Shown one piece after another: positions 25,701-37,730 of a DNA stretch of 64,000 bases (position 1 is the stretch's first letter; each line of letters begins with the position of its first letter). The stretch is from the NCBI RefSeq assembly GCF_000143415.4, contig NW_003314284.1, positions 602,693-666,692 of the forward strand. Direction: 5' to 3'. Position numbers and translations under genes: made by a program. This DNA is from Selaginella moellendorffii (Eukaryota > Plantae > Lycopodiophyta). The notes beneath the pieces were generated by a model that saw nothing but the letters and a program-made list of their open reading frames with translations, was not told where the DNA came from and did no database searches.

Positions 25701-28700
25701 ATTTACGTCCATAAAACTCATGCAAGAGCAGATATTCAACTCTTTGTGCCCTTGCACCCTGTTGTTCATAACATGAGATAAGAATGGCAGTTGGCATCTG
25801 TAACTTACTTGTAAGGTTTTACTCCACAAATTACCGCTAATGTTAGTGAGTTGCCGTGTAAGCGGTAAAACACTAAGGTGAAACATCAAACTCAACGACA
25901 ACCAAGCGTCGGTTTCACCAGATTGAATCTGTAAATATATACCGTAAACGCAAAACCACTGCGAAAGAGAAACTCATACCAGTTCAAACAGGGTGGACGA
26001 CGTTTGGAACATGTTTGGAATCTCTGATGGGGAGATTTCTTTTCTTTCTTTTCCCAGCTGAGATTTCGACAATTGCGTTAAAGTATAGCTCACCTGCACA
26101 ATTCAAATGCTCAGTATGATAGAAATTATGTCACAAAAGCTTACTTCCTTCACAAGCTCTCTAGAAGAAAGATATGTGTCACATAGTAACCGGCCGGCAA
26201 CACACGACATTACTCCTGGACCCGCTCCTCCTCCAAAATTATTTCCACCACCAACCAGCCTAGGCATCTGAGACCTTTTCAGCCGCCCGACTCGAGACCA
26301 CACGTTGCTTGGAACTTTGCACGCCTGATACACATCAATGAGCAAATGTCGTAATCGCATAGCTTTCGTACTTGCAAGCGATGCAGGAGGACGTCGAGAT
26401 CAAACCCCGAAATGTTATGTCCAACTAGCACGTCAGGGTCTAGTTGATGAAGCTTGATCATCAGACAATTCAATAGGGCACGCTCACTGCAGGAAACAAA
26501 GAAATCAGGATAAGTGGCTCACGTTGCCAAGCTTACCTCCCCTCACAGCTCAAAACGCTGCACCCGCTCTTGTTATTGATGAGTGATACCTCAGAAGAAA
26601 ATCCCATCGGATATACTCCGCCATCGAGCTTGCGGACGATGCTAAAATGTTCTAGCATCTCTTGCTTGTTCCACTCGGACTGCGGCATGGGTGCATCTAC
26701 CTGCAGAAAAACCATGTCACAAGTTCATCACAAAATCAAATGTGACAAGTATACCTTTACGCGCTCGCAAAACACTACCGATGCAGAGACAATCTCATTT
26801 AGATTTTGTTTCTGATTGACTACCGTCTTCAGACTGATGCTAGCAACAATCAGCCTCGGGATCTCAAACGCAGGTTTCAAAGTTGATATATTAGCTACGT
26901 CTTTCGGAGAATCCACGGAAACCTCCACTTTGCACCAGCTGATCTGAAACAACAGGATAGTGTCAAGATAATCTATCTTTCGTCATTACCAACCTGAGAA
27001 GAGCATGGTATTTGGTGCGGGTTCGAGATGGACAGCCAACAAGGTCCCTTGATTCTTCTTTTAATGAGAAAAGTTTCCAGCGCACTATGCAATATTGAAA
27101 GAAACTGTCAAAACTAACAGTACTCATAATTAAAGCATGCCTTCACCTTGTCCGTGTTCCGAATAAGCTGGTGAAGTGCGCTCCTCTCAGATCACCCGGA
27201 AGCGTCGGATCCTACGGGATACGAAACTAACTAATTAAAACTAAATGGAAAGCAAACCTTGAAGGGATAACTTAATTTTAAATAATAATGAGCGCCTGAT
27301 CGCACATCCATTCTGTCGAAGGCATATGACCTCTGGAGAAAAGAAAATATTTGTGATTTGAAGATACTGAACTATGTTATACCTTCACAGGTATCATGCT
27401 AAACTTCGAAACGTTGAGCTCCATCAACTTTTCTGAGAGCTCCATTTTCATTTCTCTAGCCATTTCCTGGAATCTGCATTGTCAGAGCAGGAACAATGTC
27501 TAAAATTCAAGGTCCCACCTGAAGCTTCAACTTCAGTTCGGATGATGTTGCTTCTTGTTCCAGAGTGTTGACGAGGCCGTCTGGAAATACCGACGGACCA
27601 GGAACTGCAAAAACACACCGCTGGATATTTCTCACGGCAACACAACAGCTGACATATTTTCCACCTCTTTGAACCTGCATCGCAACCAATCCTGAGACGT
27701 AAGTTTATAGCTGAACTACGTACCTTTCCAAAGAGGAAAACAGTCCCGGAGTTTGCACCGAACGCCTCCTCGTAGGCATCAAGGAAGAAAAATGAAAGGT
27801 TTCCCATCTCGTCAGCCGGGAGGGCTGACATTTCTCCTAGGCCAAAAGAATCTTCAGCCGCTTTGATTCGTTCATTTTCACTCGTGCTATGATCCGCGTT
27901 GAACGGCAGTGGTGGAAGCTCTCGACTTGGCTCCTCCACCTTGATTTTTACTTCCGCATCAGCTACAAGAGAAGTGGAAACCGCAGAGTCTTCTGCCTGC
28001 TTCTCTGATGTAGAAGGTGGTGGTGGAAGTGAGTCCTCCTCCACCTTGGCAGCTATTTCCATATCAGCCATAAGAGATGGCATTTCCCTGGAAAAGTGAC
28101 TGTCTTCCTTTGCCTCCGATGTTTGTCGGTGCTTCTTCTTCCTCTCCCGATGAACACTGTCCGCGCCTACAGCAGCGAGAACGTCATCCAGCACCTGGTC
28201 CGCTCCATCGAAGTCTCTAGCTTTGGAGGATTTGACGCTCATTCCCGACCCAGCAGCAGCAAACATACTGGAGACACTCTGCTTCCCCATGAGCGAAGCT
28301 GCTGCCATGAGCTCCCTCTCCTTTCTACTGGGCACATCTCTCTTCTTCTTCGGATCTACAACACAACACCACAATTCCTTCATCTGAAAGAGGGAAAAGA
28401 ACAAGACTCTTACCAGCAATCTTTTTCTTTTTGGCAGCACCGTCCTCCTCGTCAGAAGATTCCGGCATTGCCCCAACATCCCAATTCTCCTCCTCGCCAA
28501 TATCAGCATAGCCGAGACCATCGTCATCCACCACAAAATCCTGAGACTCGAGCCGCCGCTTGGCCACCAGCAGCGCGTAATCCTTCTCGTCTAGCCTATC
28601 GAAGATCTGCTCCTCTACCTTGAGCTCGAAAGTGTCGACGCGGCGCCCTCCTCCCTCGCGCAGCCTCTTGAGCTGCTCCAATGCCGCAGATCGAGCTGAT

Positions 28701-28750
28701 GCCTGCCCGGCCGCTCCCGCAGCCCTCCTCGCATTCTCCCGGGAACCCAT
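22755..28750 (-). CDS. POLA1: DNA polymerase alpha catalytic subunit (multi-exon)
   Basis: Family-B motifs [31 protein letters not shown] and [10 protein letters not shown]; N-terminal [11 protein letters not shown]; C-terminal Zn-finger exons ending [19 protein letters not shown] (stop 22755-22757). Confidence 0.96.
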
Positions 28751-28802
28751 AAACCCTAAGAAGAATCTCCCGGGACCTAAAATCCCAAAAATTGGCGGGA
28801 AA
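28751..28802 (-). promoter_or_regulatory. E2F site (TTTCCCGCC, 28794-28802) and telo-box (AAACCCTAA, 28751-28759) upstream of POLA1
   Basis: Canonical E2F consensus just upstream of a replication gene ATG. Confidence 0.7.
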
Positions 28803-28829
28803 GTTTAAAGCTCGAGAGCTTTTTTTAAT

Positions 28830-30981
28830 TCATTCATCTTCGAGGATTCGGCGGTGAGCATTGACGCAAGCAACACTGCAGTACTTAAACTCAAACTTGT
28901 AGAATGGTACCTTGTTTGCGAGAGAGCTCGCACAGCACGAGCACAACTCCGACGATCCGGCGCTTGTCATCGAAGCCTTCATCCTCGATTCGGCAGCAGC
29001 AGCTCGCAACTCTCTTTGCGTCGCATTCATCGCCTGATTGATCATCAACGCAAAGTTAGTCCAGGGCAATTCCTTTCTGTTTTATACCTCTTGTGTTGGA
29101 ACTTCCTTAGGGGCACTCGTCCCTGGTTTCTTCGAGACCTGTGCAAGATGTGATTTGTTTCGGGCATCTACATGTAACATTGCATTTAGAGAACGAGTAC
29201 CTCTGCTGCCGCGGCTGCTTTTTGTTGTGCTTTTCTTTCAAGTTTGCGTTCCTTTTCCTTAGCCCTGCGTTTCGCAGTCTTCTCAGCCTGCAAAAACCAT
29301 AGATCTGAGCAGGGAGAACCGGAGGAATTGTTTAGTTTTTTCACCTGTTTCGCAGCTTGGGCTGCTTCCATCTCGTCTGTCAATGGACTTGGCACGTTGG
29401 CAGCATTCCAATCCCACATGTCCAAGTGAGAGGCCATGAACTTTCGAAACGCGTTCCTGGTTTCCTTGTGGCTTGCAGCCGCATAAGCTGTTCGTCCCCG
29501 ATGCTTAACACAAGGATCCGCGCCGCTCTCCAGGAGATCCATCACTAGAGCCGCGTTTCCAGCCACTACAGCCTCGTGCAATGGCGGCGGCGGCACCTGA
29601 GCGGCGGCGTTTTCCTCGGCAGCCGCATCCAAGTCTGTGTTGCTCCTTTCGTGTTGAACCGTGACTTTTTTCTCGCTTTTCTCAGTAGAAGGTGGCGGTG
29701 CTTCGTCGGGAACACTTAAAACTTCTTCCTTCTCCTTGTACTGTAAAGAGGAGAGGCGTCCATATACTCGTCTCGCTTCTTTGTACGTTGGCCTCCTGGT
29801 TGGAAATGGAATGGATCGAAGTCGACTGTCCTCCCGGCTTAGTAGAGGTTTGTCTCCAACGATCGACTGGCTATTCCGTGATGGAGCGAACACGAAAATG
29901 CAGCTAGCTTCTTGCAAGTAGTCTCTCCAGGACTCGAGCAATGTTTTGATTTCCTAAAACAAACGCATCTAAGAAATTGGAACATTATCACAAAGTCATG
30001 CCCACCTTCTGCAAAGCCATTTCGTTGTAGCGCCTGAGAGAAGCCCCAGCGGATTTGGGAGCTCTACCAGTAGCATCTCGATTAGCCTGTTTGCCACCAG
30101 CCTTTGCCCGCACCACGTATCTACAAGGAAAAACAGAAAATCCATGAAACACGTCCAGAAAACCAACAAAAACGAAAGCAAACCTGTGATAAGTCTGATG
30201 TGCTTGAACCACGCCAGTCTTTATGTCCACCACCACGCCAGCAAAGTGACCCCCGACTGCGAGCAGTACGACCCAAACGAGCTTGGGCGAAGAAACAAGA
30301 GATTTTAATCGTGAGAGGAACACCGTTTCCGTGACCACTCCAGCTTCTTGTTGATCGTCTTTCTGCTTCTCCAGTTTCTCGCCGCTATTCAAAACCAGGC
30401 AGCTCCAGACCTCGACGATCGAGCCAGAGCCAAGCAGCAAAGGAATGATTACTTTGCCAGCCACATTCTTACTGCTGTGTTTCTCTTCGTCTTCCACATC
30501 GCTCTCCGAGCCGGATACGCTGGAAACATCAGTGTCACCCGCAATGTCTCCGCCAGCGAATCTCTCAAACTCCTCTTCAGTGAAACAAGCCTTCCCAGCA
30601 ATCTTTCGCTTCACCTAAAAGTAAAAAAGCTCCTTGAACAAAGCAAGAAAAAACTCTAAGAACTACACAAACCAAACAAGAGAGACTACTTACATTCAAG
30701 CGATGGAAATCGGATTTGAAATGGCCCCTTTGATCCTCCCCGTTCTGAAACTTCATACCACAGGCTCCACACGTCCACTTGCTCAGCCTTGAATCCTCCA
30801 GATCCTCATCCCCGGCGGCAGCCTCGCCCAGTTCCACAGCGCGCTCCTCAGCTCCATCCGGCCGCAATGCGCCTTGGCCACTTCCATCCGCGTCACAATC
30901 CACGCTGAAGGCGTAGATCCGAGCGCCATCGAAGAATCCCGGCGCCAAGGCAAACAGAGACTCTGCATGAACCCTAGGCAT
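28830..30981 (-). CDS. ANKZF1: Ankyrin repeat and zinc finger protein / Vms1 (VLRF1 domain), multi-exon
   Basis: C2H2 motif CGACG..F.....QRGHFKSDFHRLN; VLRF1 motifs GGHFAG and HQTYHRYVVRAKAGGKQ...KSAGASLRRYNE; ankyrin repeat; C-terminal CSCC...PF....FKYCS..C..H. Confidence 0.93.
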
Positions 30982-31090
30982 TTCTCACAAAATTAGGGTG
31001 CTTGACCAAAAGGCTTTTAAAAGTCAACTTTTTCATTGACCGAATAGATAAATAACTTTGTTAATCAGATATCAGATAATTTTCTAATAA

Positions 31091-31469
31091 TTATGCAAAC
31101 TGGACATAATTGCCCACTTTGTTAAAATGACCCATCATAACCCAGTTTTGGTACCCATACCATCCTGTGGTCTTGAAAACACCCTCTCCATCAAAGCTCA
31201 TGGCTATGAATTCCACGCCGTTTATCATCCTGGAGCAATTCGAGGCTGCGCTGCGGTTGTAAGTTTGCACCTCCCAGCTGTTGCCCGCCCTCCACACAAT
31301 CGCATTCCCATGTTCACGGCAGTTGTATAGGAATTTGAAAAGCGGAATGCTCCAATCGTCCTCGCCTGGAGATTCAACATGAGAGCAAGCAATAGAGGAA
31401 TTATATACTTGAGTTTGGGAGGATGAGAAGAGCTAGTGTGATCAATTGTAGCAGGCGCTGATTTCTCAT
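31091..31469 (-). CDS. Small secreted protein (111 aa, exons 31469-31409 and 31365-31091) with YvgO-like C-terminus
   Basis: ATG plus hydrophobic leader MRNQRLLQLITLALLILPNS; 43-nt GT-AG intron joins in frame; C-terminus FDGEGVFKTTGWYGYQNWVMMGHFNKVGNYVQF; a decayed paralog lies at ~37.4-37.7 kb. Confidence 0.7.
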
Positions 31470-31770
31470 ACTGCAAAACCTTCTCACCCGTCGAAATGGG
31501 GCAGATCCTAAAACAATGTTGTTTGTAGTGAACAGTGCTATTGATGCTGAATCGATTCGAAGACTATGTCCAAAGCGCGTTGATAATAGTAGAAACTGAT
31601 CCAAACAGCAAGTCTGTCAAAGTCAGTCTTTTGGAAAGGACATGAATTGATTGATAACAGTGATACAAGGGAGAAAATGAAGTCTGTAACGACATGCGTT
31701 TCTCTCTACTTAGTCAACACAGCGACTAGGTTCTCATTGTTTCTAACTAGAGTTCTAGCGCTTTACAAGA

Positions 31771-34440
31771 ATGGCGGCGCCTCTCTATTGTTTGTGCCTC
31801 CTCTTAACTGTGTTCCAGGGTGGTCATTCTCAATCATCTCAGTCATCTATTCTCGAGGCCAGTGCTCTTCTCGAATTCAAGCGAGGTGTCAAGGCATTTT
31901 CTCCACCATGGATCTTGGATGTGCTTCCAGACCCTCTAGCGAATTGGGACGTGAGTAGCACAAGCTTGTGTAACTGGACAGGAATAGCTTGCAATCCACA
32001 AGGCCGGGTGGTATCCCTTGCTCTTTCCAATATTCCTTTGACGGGGCAAATATCATCCTCTCTCGGTTCCCTCGAGTTTCTGGAGCTGCTCAATCTGTCG
32101 TACAACTATTTGTCCGGGGAGATTCCATCGACCTTGGGTAACTGCGCCAGGCTACAGTCCCTTGATCTCACGCTCAACAATCTAAACGGAAAGATCCCGG
32201 AGTCCCTGGGCCAGCTCTCCATGCTGCAAAGCCTAATTCTTGATGCGAACTTACTTGGTGGTGAGATTCCCTCGAGCCTAGCGCGGTGCTCAAGGCTTCA
32301 GAAGCTTTCCTGCTGTTGCAATCGTCTCAGTGGACAGCTTCCAAGCTTCTTGGGACAGCTTCGCAATCTCACGCTCCTGGATCTCAGTCACAACTCTCTC
32401 AATGGTTCCATACCAAGGGGCTTTGCAAATCTCTCTAGTTTGGAAGAGCTGAACCTTGAAGGGAATGACCTCGAAGGAGAAATTCCTACGTTTCTCCTGG
32501 TGAGCAAGACTCTTGTTGGTTTGCACTTGCATGCGAACAACTTGGAATCATTTAGCTCTGAGTTTCAGGAGATTTCTCCCGAGAACAACCAGGGTCGCAT
32601 GGAAGTTTTGGAACTAGGCTACAATCAGATAACAGGCAGCATTCCATCGCAATTCTTCAGCTACTTGCCAGGTCTGAAGTTCATCTCCCTCCGGAACAAC
32701 AATCTCACAGGTGGCATCCCAGAATTTGGAGACCACTGTGTCCTGGAAACCATTAATCTGAGCACCAACACCTTAACAGGAGAGATCCCCGAATCTGTGC
32801 TACACTGCTCACAGGTCACAAAGCTGGATCTTTCGAGGAACAGGCTCACCGGAGTAATTCCATCAGAACTAGGCCGAAATTTGAGCACTTTGACAAACTT
32901 TGACGTGGCATTCAACACGCTGCATGGGGAAATCCCTGTTTCCTTGTCATTGTGCGTCAACATGAGCCGCATTGACATGGGTGTGAACAACTTCACTGGC
33001 CAGCTTCTTCCCGAAATTTCCAAGCTTGAGCAGCTTAGTTACTTTCTTATTTCGACCAACAAGTTGGTGGGGACCATACCGGTGGAATATTTCAACATGG
33101 CGAACCTTGGCACTTTGGACTTAGCGAGAAATAACCTCTGGGGCTCTCTCCCACGAGCTTGCAACCTGGCGGGCATTAGCAAGCTTGATTTGTCCTTCAA
33201 CTCACTCACGGGGAGCATTCCATCTTGCCTTGGAAACTCAAGCTCGCTGTGGACGCTGGATCTCTCGGGAAACCAGATCTCAGGAGAGATACCTTCTAGC
33301 CTGGGCGCCAATGCTTCACAGCTCTACTATTTGGACTTGTCACAAAATCGTCTGGTTGGCAGCCTTCCTGCCTCTCTAGGCAATTGCTCCAGCCTCTCCA
33401 TTCTCATGGTGGCAAGGAACCAGCTTGGAAAAATAGACATGGATTTCAGCCAGATCCATAGTCTGGTTCACTTGGATCTTTCCCATAACGAGTTCGAAGG
33501 AGATCTAGTCCTCAGTTCCAACACCAGCAACATCAGGATTGCCAACTTCCGGGATAACAGGTTCTCCATGACGATTCCAGAATCGATCTGCAGGTGGACT
33601 GCATTGACTCTGTTGTCATTCTCGTACAATCAGATCCACGGGTTCATTCCCAGCTGCATTTGGTCCAGCCTCCCGCAGCTCAAGGTTGTTGACCTGTCCC
33701 AGAACCGGCTGACTGGCAACATCCCCGGTAGCATAGGTGAGTTGATCTCCTTCAAGGACGTGAATTCCAGACCTGACGATCCCGAAGGATGGCACAACAT
33801 CCCTGGCCTGGCATGCCCAGAATGCCCCGGCGGCATGCGGTTTGAGATGATCATCAAGGGCTCGAGGCTTCCTTTCGCCCAGTATTTCAACGGTTTGACC
33901 CTGTTTGACTTGTCGTCAAACTTGCTTGAGGGCGCGATCCCGGACGATATTGGTCTACTTGTGGGTATGAAGTACTTGAACCTTTCGTTCAATGGGCTGA
34001 CTGGCAGTATCCCCCTGGCATTGACCAGGCTCGTCAAGCTCGAGTCTCTCGACTTGTCGAGCAACAAGCTCCAGGGAACCATCCCGGCCCAGATCAGTGA
34101 CTTGAGCCAGCTTGGGAGTTTCAACGTTTCCCACAACCATCTCAGTGGAATGGTTTTGGCATCAGAGCTCTTCTACACCAAGTTCGGCCCCAGTTCTTTC
34201 GAGGGAAACAATCTTTGTGGAGGATTTTATCCGTTGCAACCCTGTTCCAACACTTCTACTTCTACTCAAGCTGGCCGTGAGACGTCTTGGCTCTCCGAGA
34301 ATGTGTCCACGAAAGGCTTCTTGCTTGGCGCTCTTCTGGGTTTCTTCGGTACAATCCATTTGGTGGTTTTTGTAGACTGGAAGCAACGCCTGCAGCAAAT
34401 CAATTGGATCATCAACCACATATCTAAGCCTCGCCGCTGA
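31771..34440 (+). CDS. LRR receptor-like protein (signal peptide, LRRNT, plant LRRs with island, TM, short tail, no kinase)
   Basis: 889-aa intronless ORF; CNWTGIAC cap; LxxLxxLDLSxNxLxGxIP repeats; FEGNNLCG cap; TM segment GFLLGALLGFFG. Confidence 0.95.
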   Translation: MAAPLYCLCLLLTVFQGGHSQSSQSSILEASALLEFKRGVKAFSPPWILDVLPDPLANWDVSSTSLCNWTGIACNPQGRVVSLALSNIPLTGQISSSLGSLEFLELLNLSYNYLSGEIPSTLGNCARLQSLDLTLNNLNGKIPESLGQLSMLQSLILDANLLGGEIPSSLARCSRLQKLSCCCNRLSGQLPSFLGQLRNLTLLDLSHNSLNGSIPRGFANLSSLEELNLEGNDLEGEIPTFLLVSKTLVGLHLHANNLESFSSEFQEISPENNQGRMEVLELGYNQITGSIPSQFFSYLPGLKFISLRNNNLTGGIPEFGDHCVLETINLSTNTLTGEIPESVLHCSQVTKLDLSRNRLTGVIPSELGRNLSTLTNFDVAFNTLHGEIPVSLSLCVNMSRIDMGVNNFTGQLLPEISKLEQLSYFLISTNKLVGTIPVEYFNMANLGTLDLARNNLWGSLPRACNLAGISKLDLSFNSLTGSIPSCLGNSSSLWTLDLSGNQISGEIPSSLGANASQLYYLDLSQNRLVGSLPASLGNCSSLSILMVARNQLGKIDMDFSQIHSLVHLDLSHNEFEGDLVLSSNTSNIRIANFRDNRFSMTIPESICRWTALTLLSFSYNQIHGFIPSCIWSSLPQLKVVDLSQNRLTGNIPGSIGELISFKDVNSRPDDPEGWHNIPGLACPECPGGMRFEMIIKGSRLPFAQYFNGLTLFDLSSNLLEGAIPDDIGLLVGMKYLNLSFNGLTGSIPLALTRLVKLESLDLSSNKLQGTIPAQISDLSQLGSFNVSHNHLSGMVLASELFYTKFGPSSFEGNNLCGGFYPLQPCSNTSTSTQAGRETSWLSENVSTKGFLLGALLGFFGTIHLVVFVDWKQRLQQINWIINHISKPRR

Positions 34441-34705
34441 TCACATAAGCTGTACACAATCAAACATACTTTTCTAAATGCTTTGAAGTGTTTTTGCTAG
34501 CAGCACCCTTTACCCATACACACTCAGGCCTACCCTGCAATCTTCTCATCCCTCATGAAATGTATCCAAGGTTGTTCCAGCTTGCGAACAACAGGAGCTT
34601 GTTCTTGAGTTTCTTCAAAACCCTGTTTTTGCGGTAACGAAAGAATATTCCATAAAATATTCGGGTATATAGAATATTCGGACATTTTAGGGTTTATTGT
34701 CGGGA

Positions 34706-37293
34706 ATGCGCCTGGTAAGCGATGGATCGTTGTCTAGAGCTCAGTGGATCGAGATGTCTTTCTTCTCTGTAGATTTCGCTCCAGAGGCCATCCAGTGGTG
34801 CCGCCGTCGACAGCAATCTGCTGGAGATTTGCGATTTGCAGCTTCTCCTCGAGTGCCCTCTCGATTTGTCCAGTCTTTCGCTCTTTCTCCCGACAGAGGA
34901 GGCGCTCTCGGAGAATGCCAGGCGCAAGAAGCCGAAGAAAGGGGACTCAAGTGAGCTGGTCGTCAAGGCTCCTTTCAGGAGAGCCGGCGACGGTGTGGTG
35001 ATTGATGCCGAGCCATGGTACCAAAGTGCCGACTTGAGCGTTTTGGATGTGGCTCTGATCAATGCGGTGGTGATCTCGAGACCAGAATCCATGCTCGCTC
35101 TACCATTTCTCACTCGCAATCCAGATTTCACCGCAAAGGTTCGTCGTTCTGGTTTGGTTTCTTACAGTTCCTCCTTTCTTTCTTCTTCCCAGATCTTTGC
35201 AACGTATCCAACAGCAACTGTTGGGAAGCTTTTGATGCAAGAGCTTGTTTCTTCCCACCGCGACTTTCTAAAACTCTATGGAGCAAGCTCTCTTGAGAAC
35301 CATCCGGAGTTCACGCAGTGTGAAGTTCCGGAGGCTCTCAAAGATTGTCTTCTCGGGGAGCACAACTCAGGCATCTTAAACTGGCACAAGCTTTACAGGT
35401 GACCACCTTTGCATTGGTTTTCTTTCCTCCCAGATTTAAAACGCTCTTTCTGTGCAGTGCAGAAGACGTGCTTGGCTGCATGGAAAGAATCCAAACTCTT
35501 CGTTATGGTGAAGAGGCCCCCATTGATGGGTGTGTGGTCTTGACACCTTATAGCTCCGGCCAAGGCATTGGTGCTTCGAACTGGGTGATTAAAGGACCTT
35601 GCTCGAGCGTGACATACGTTTCGTCTTGCGATGTAGCAGCGGCCGCAGCTAGTTGTGCGAGCCAGGATTTGACTTCTTTAGATGGAAGCCAAGTTCTCCT
35701 TGTTTCGGCCAAGCAGCCAACTTCTTCTGTGGAGAAACTCGAGATGGATACTGAAGCTGAACCCCGCAGTAGACTTACGACTCGGCCATGGGTAAATGCT
35801 CGTGTGGAATTCATCACTTCGCACAACGCCAAGCCACGGATGGCCAACAGCGTACTCAGTGAGAAACGGGAGCCTCAGCAGAGATCCTTGCTAGCGCAAG
35901 TCGCAAACGCTGCCGCAGATGCTTTAAGCAAGGGAGGCTCGGTGTTGATACCCACCAGTGTTTCAGACACAGTCCTCGAGCTCATCGAGACGATCTCTCA
36001 AGAAGTTTCTTGTGCAAAAGTGTAAGCATATCTTGGTTTTGTTTCAGTTTGTTTTGACAAGCGTGTGACAGCTCGGGAAGGATTTTATACGTATCGCCGA
36101 GTGCTCAGGAATTCCTGGCTTTTACCAACACTGTTCCGGAGTGGCTCTCATCGGCACGGCAAGAGAAGGTATTGATGCTCCTTACAGTGAACTCTCATCT
36201 ATTCATCTCCTTCAGCTATATAACGGGGAGTCATTGTTTGGACACGTCGAGCTTCTAAAGGAGGGAAAGCTCTCTTACTTTCCAAGCCTGTCGCCAGAAG
36301 TTGTGTAAGTCTTTCGTTGTGTTCGTCTGTCAAACTTAGAAATTCTTTGTAGGGAGTCTGGTCCCTGCGTGATACTGGCTTCCCATGTAAGCCTTCGAAT
36401 GGGACCGTCTGTACATATACTAAATCGTTGGCGCCAGCATTCGAGTAACTTGCTCATACTGACAGAAGTAAGGAATAAAAATATAACTGGTAGAGCTCTT
36501 TCACTTTGTACTAATCTCTGGTTTGTTCTTTCAGCCAGATATTGATGTAGAGAGGTTTTTACTCCCATTCAAGCCATTGTCCATACAAGTAAAACATTTT
36601 CCCCTAGCCACTAGCGCGAGGTAAATAAATTACAAAACAAAACCATTGTCTTCGCTTAACGGCAGATCTTTGCAGGTCACGAGGAGCTTTGTCCTCCTTG
36701 ATAGATCGCTTGCAACCCAAATTTGCAGTGGTGAGTAGATTAGATTGATGACATTGTTCCTTCTTTTACATTCTTTGCTCCAGGTGCCAGAACGCTTGAA
36801 ATCCGTGGTGACGTCGGATTGTGACACAAAAATATTGTTCTACGTGCACAGAGCTCCACTAAAGATCCCGAGCTTGGAGGAAGAGCTCAACATGGAACTA
36901 TCAGCGGATTTAGCCAGCCGGATCAAGCCCAAGCAAACTCGAAGCGGAAACAATGCAGCCTTGGCTCGGCTCTCTGCAGAGATGCACTTCCACGACGGGA
37001 ACTTCTACCTGGAAATGCCGAGAGTGTCGAGAATGATACAAGCGCCCCAAAGATTCTGTGGCACACCCGACGTGGACGCTCTGTTGAGAGCTCTGAGGGA
37101 GAAAGGCCTGGTGGACATCCAGCAGAGCTTTGCGGAGCAACCCGATGGATCCAAAGTTCCTGTCATATCCGTGACCTTCCAAACTAGTGCTTCTATTGAG
37201 CTCAATGGCAGTGAAACCATTATCAAGACAAGCGATGCAGTGCTCCGGCGTCTCATCGCAGATGCGGTGATAAGCTGCCTGCAAATCATATAA
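34706..37293 (+). CDS. INTS9: Integrator complex subunit 9 (MBL/beta-CASP fold, CPSF100-like), multi-exon
   Basis: LLLECPLDLS, MLALPFLT, IFATYPT...GKLLMQEL, SSGQGIGASNWVI, GGSVLIP, PEWLS..RQEK and SLRMGP; micro-exon ATGCGCCTG|GT at 34706. Confidence 0.88.
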
Positions 37294-37439
37294 TTACTTG
37301 TTCTCCCACCAACAAAGCTCACATTCAACTTAAATGTTATATTCCAAATAGGGAGCTAGAAGTGATAACAATGTATCAGCCTCTTCAAGCTTTAAGCTAG
37401 TCAAAACCATGCTCTCCAAACTCTTCCACCCAATGTGTA

Positions 37440-37730
37440 AACTTGACATAGTTGCCCATCTAGTAGTCTTGAAAACACCCTGTTCATCAAAACTCACGCC
37501 TTTGAATTCTATGCCATTTATCATCCTGGAGCAATTCGAGTCTGCGCTGCGGTTGTAGGTTTGCAACTCTCAGCTGTTGCCCACCACATTGCATTCCCAT
37601 GTTCACGGCAGTTAAATAAGAATTTCAAAAGCTCACCTAAAGATCTCAACGTCAGAGTATGTAATAGAGGCTTTGAGGATCAGCAGAGCAAGCGTGATCA
37701 ATTGTAGCAGGCTCTGCTTTCTCACCTCAC
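37440..37730 (-). pseudogene. Pseudogene copy of the 31091-31469 secreted protein gene
   Basis: Direct-repeat similarity; ATG replaced by GTG, TGG changed to TGA, indels, deleted 3' motif. Confidence 0.8.
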
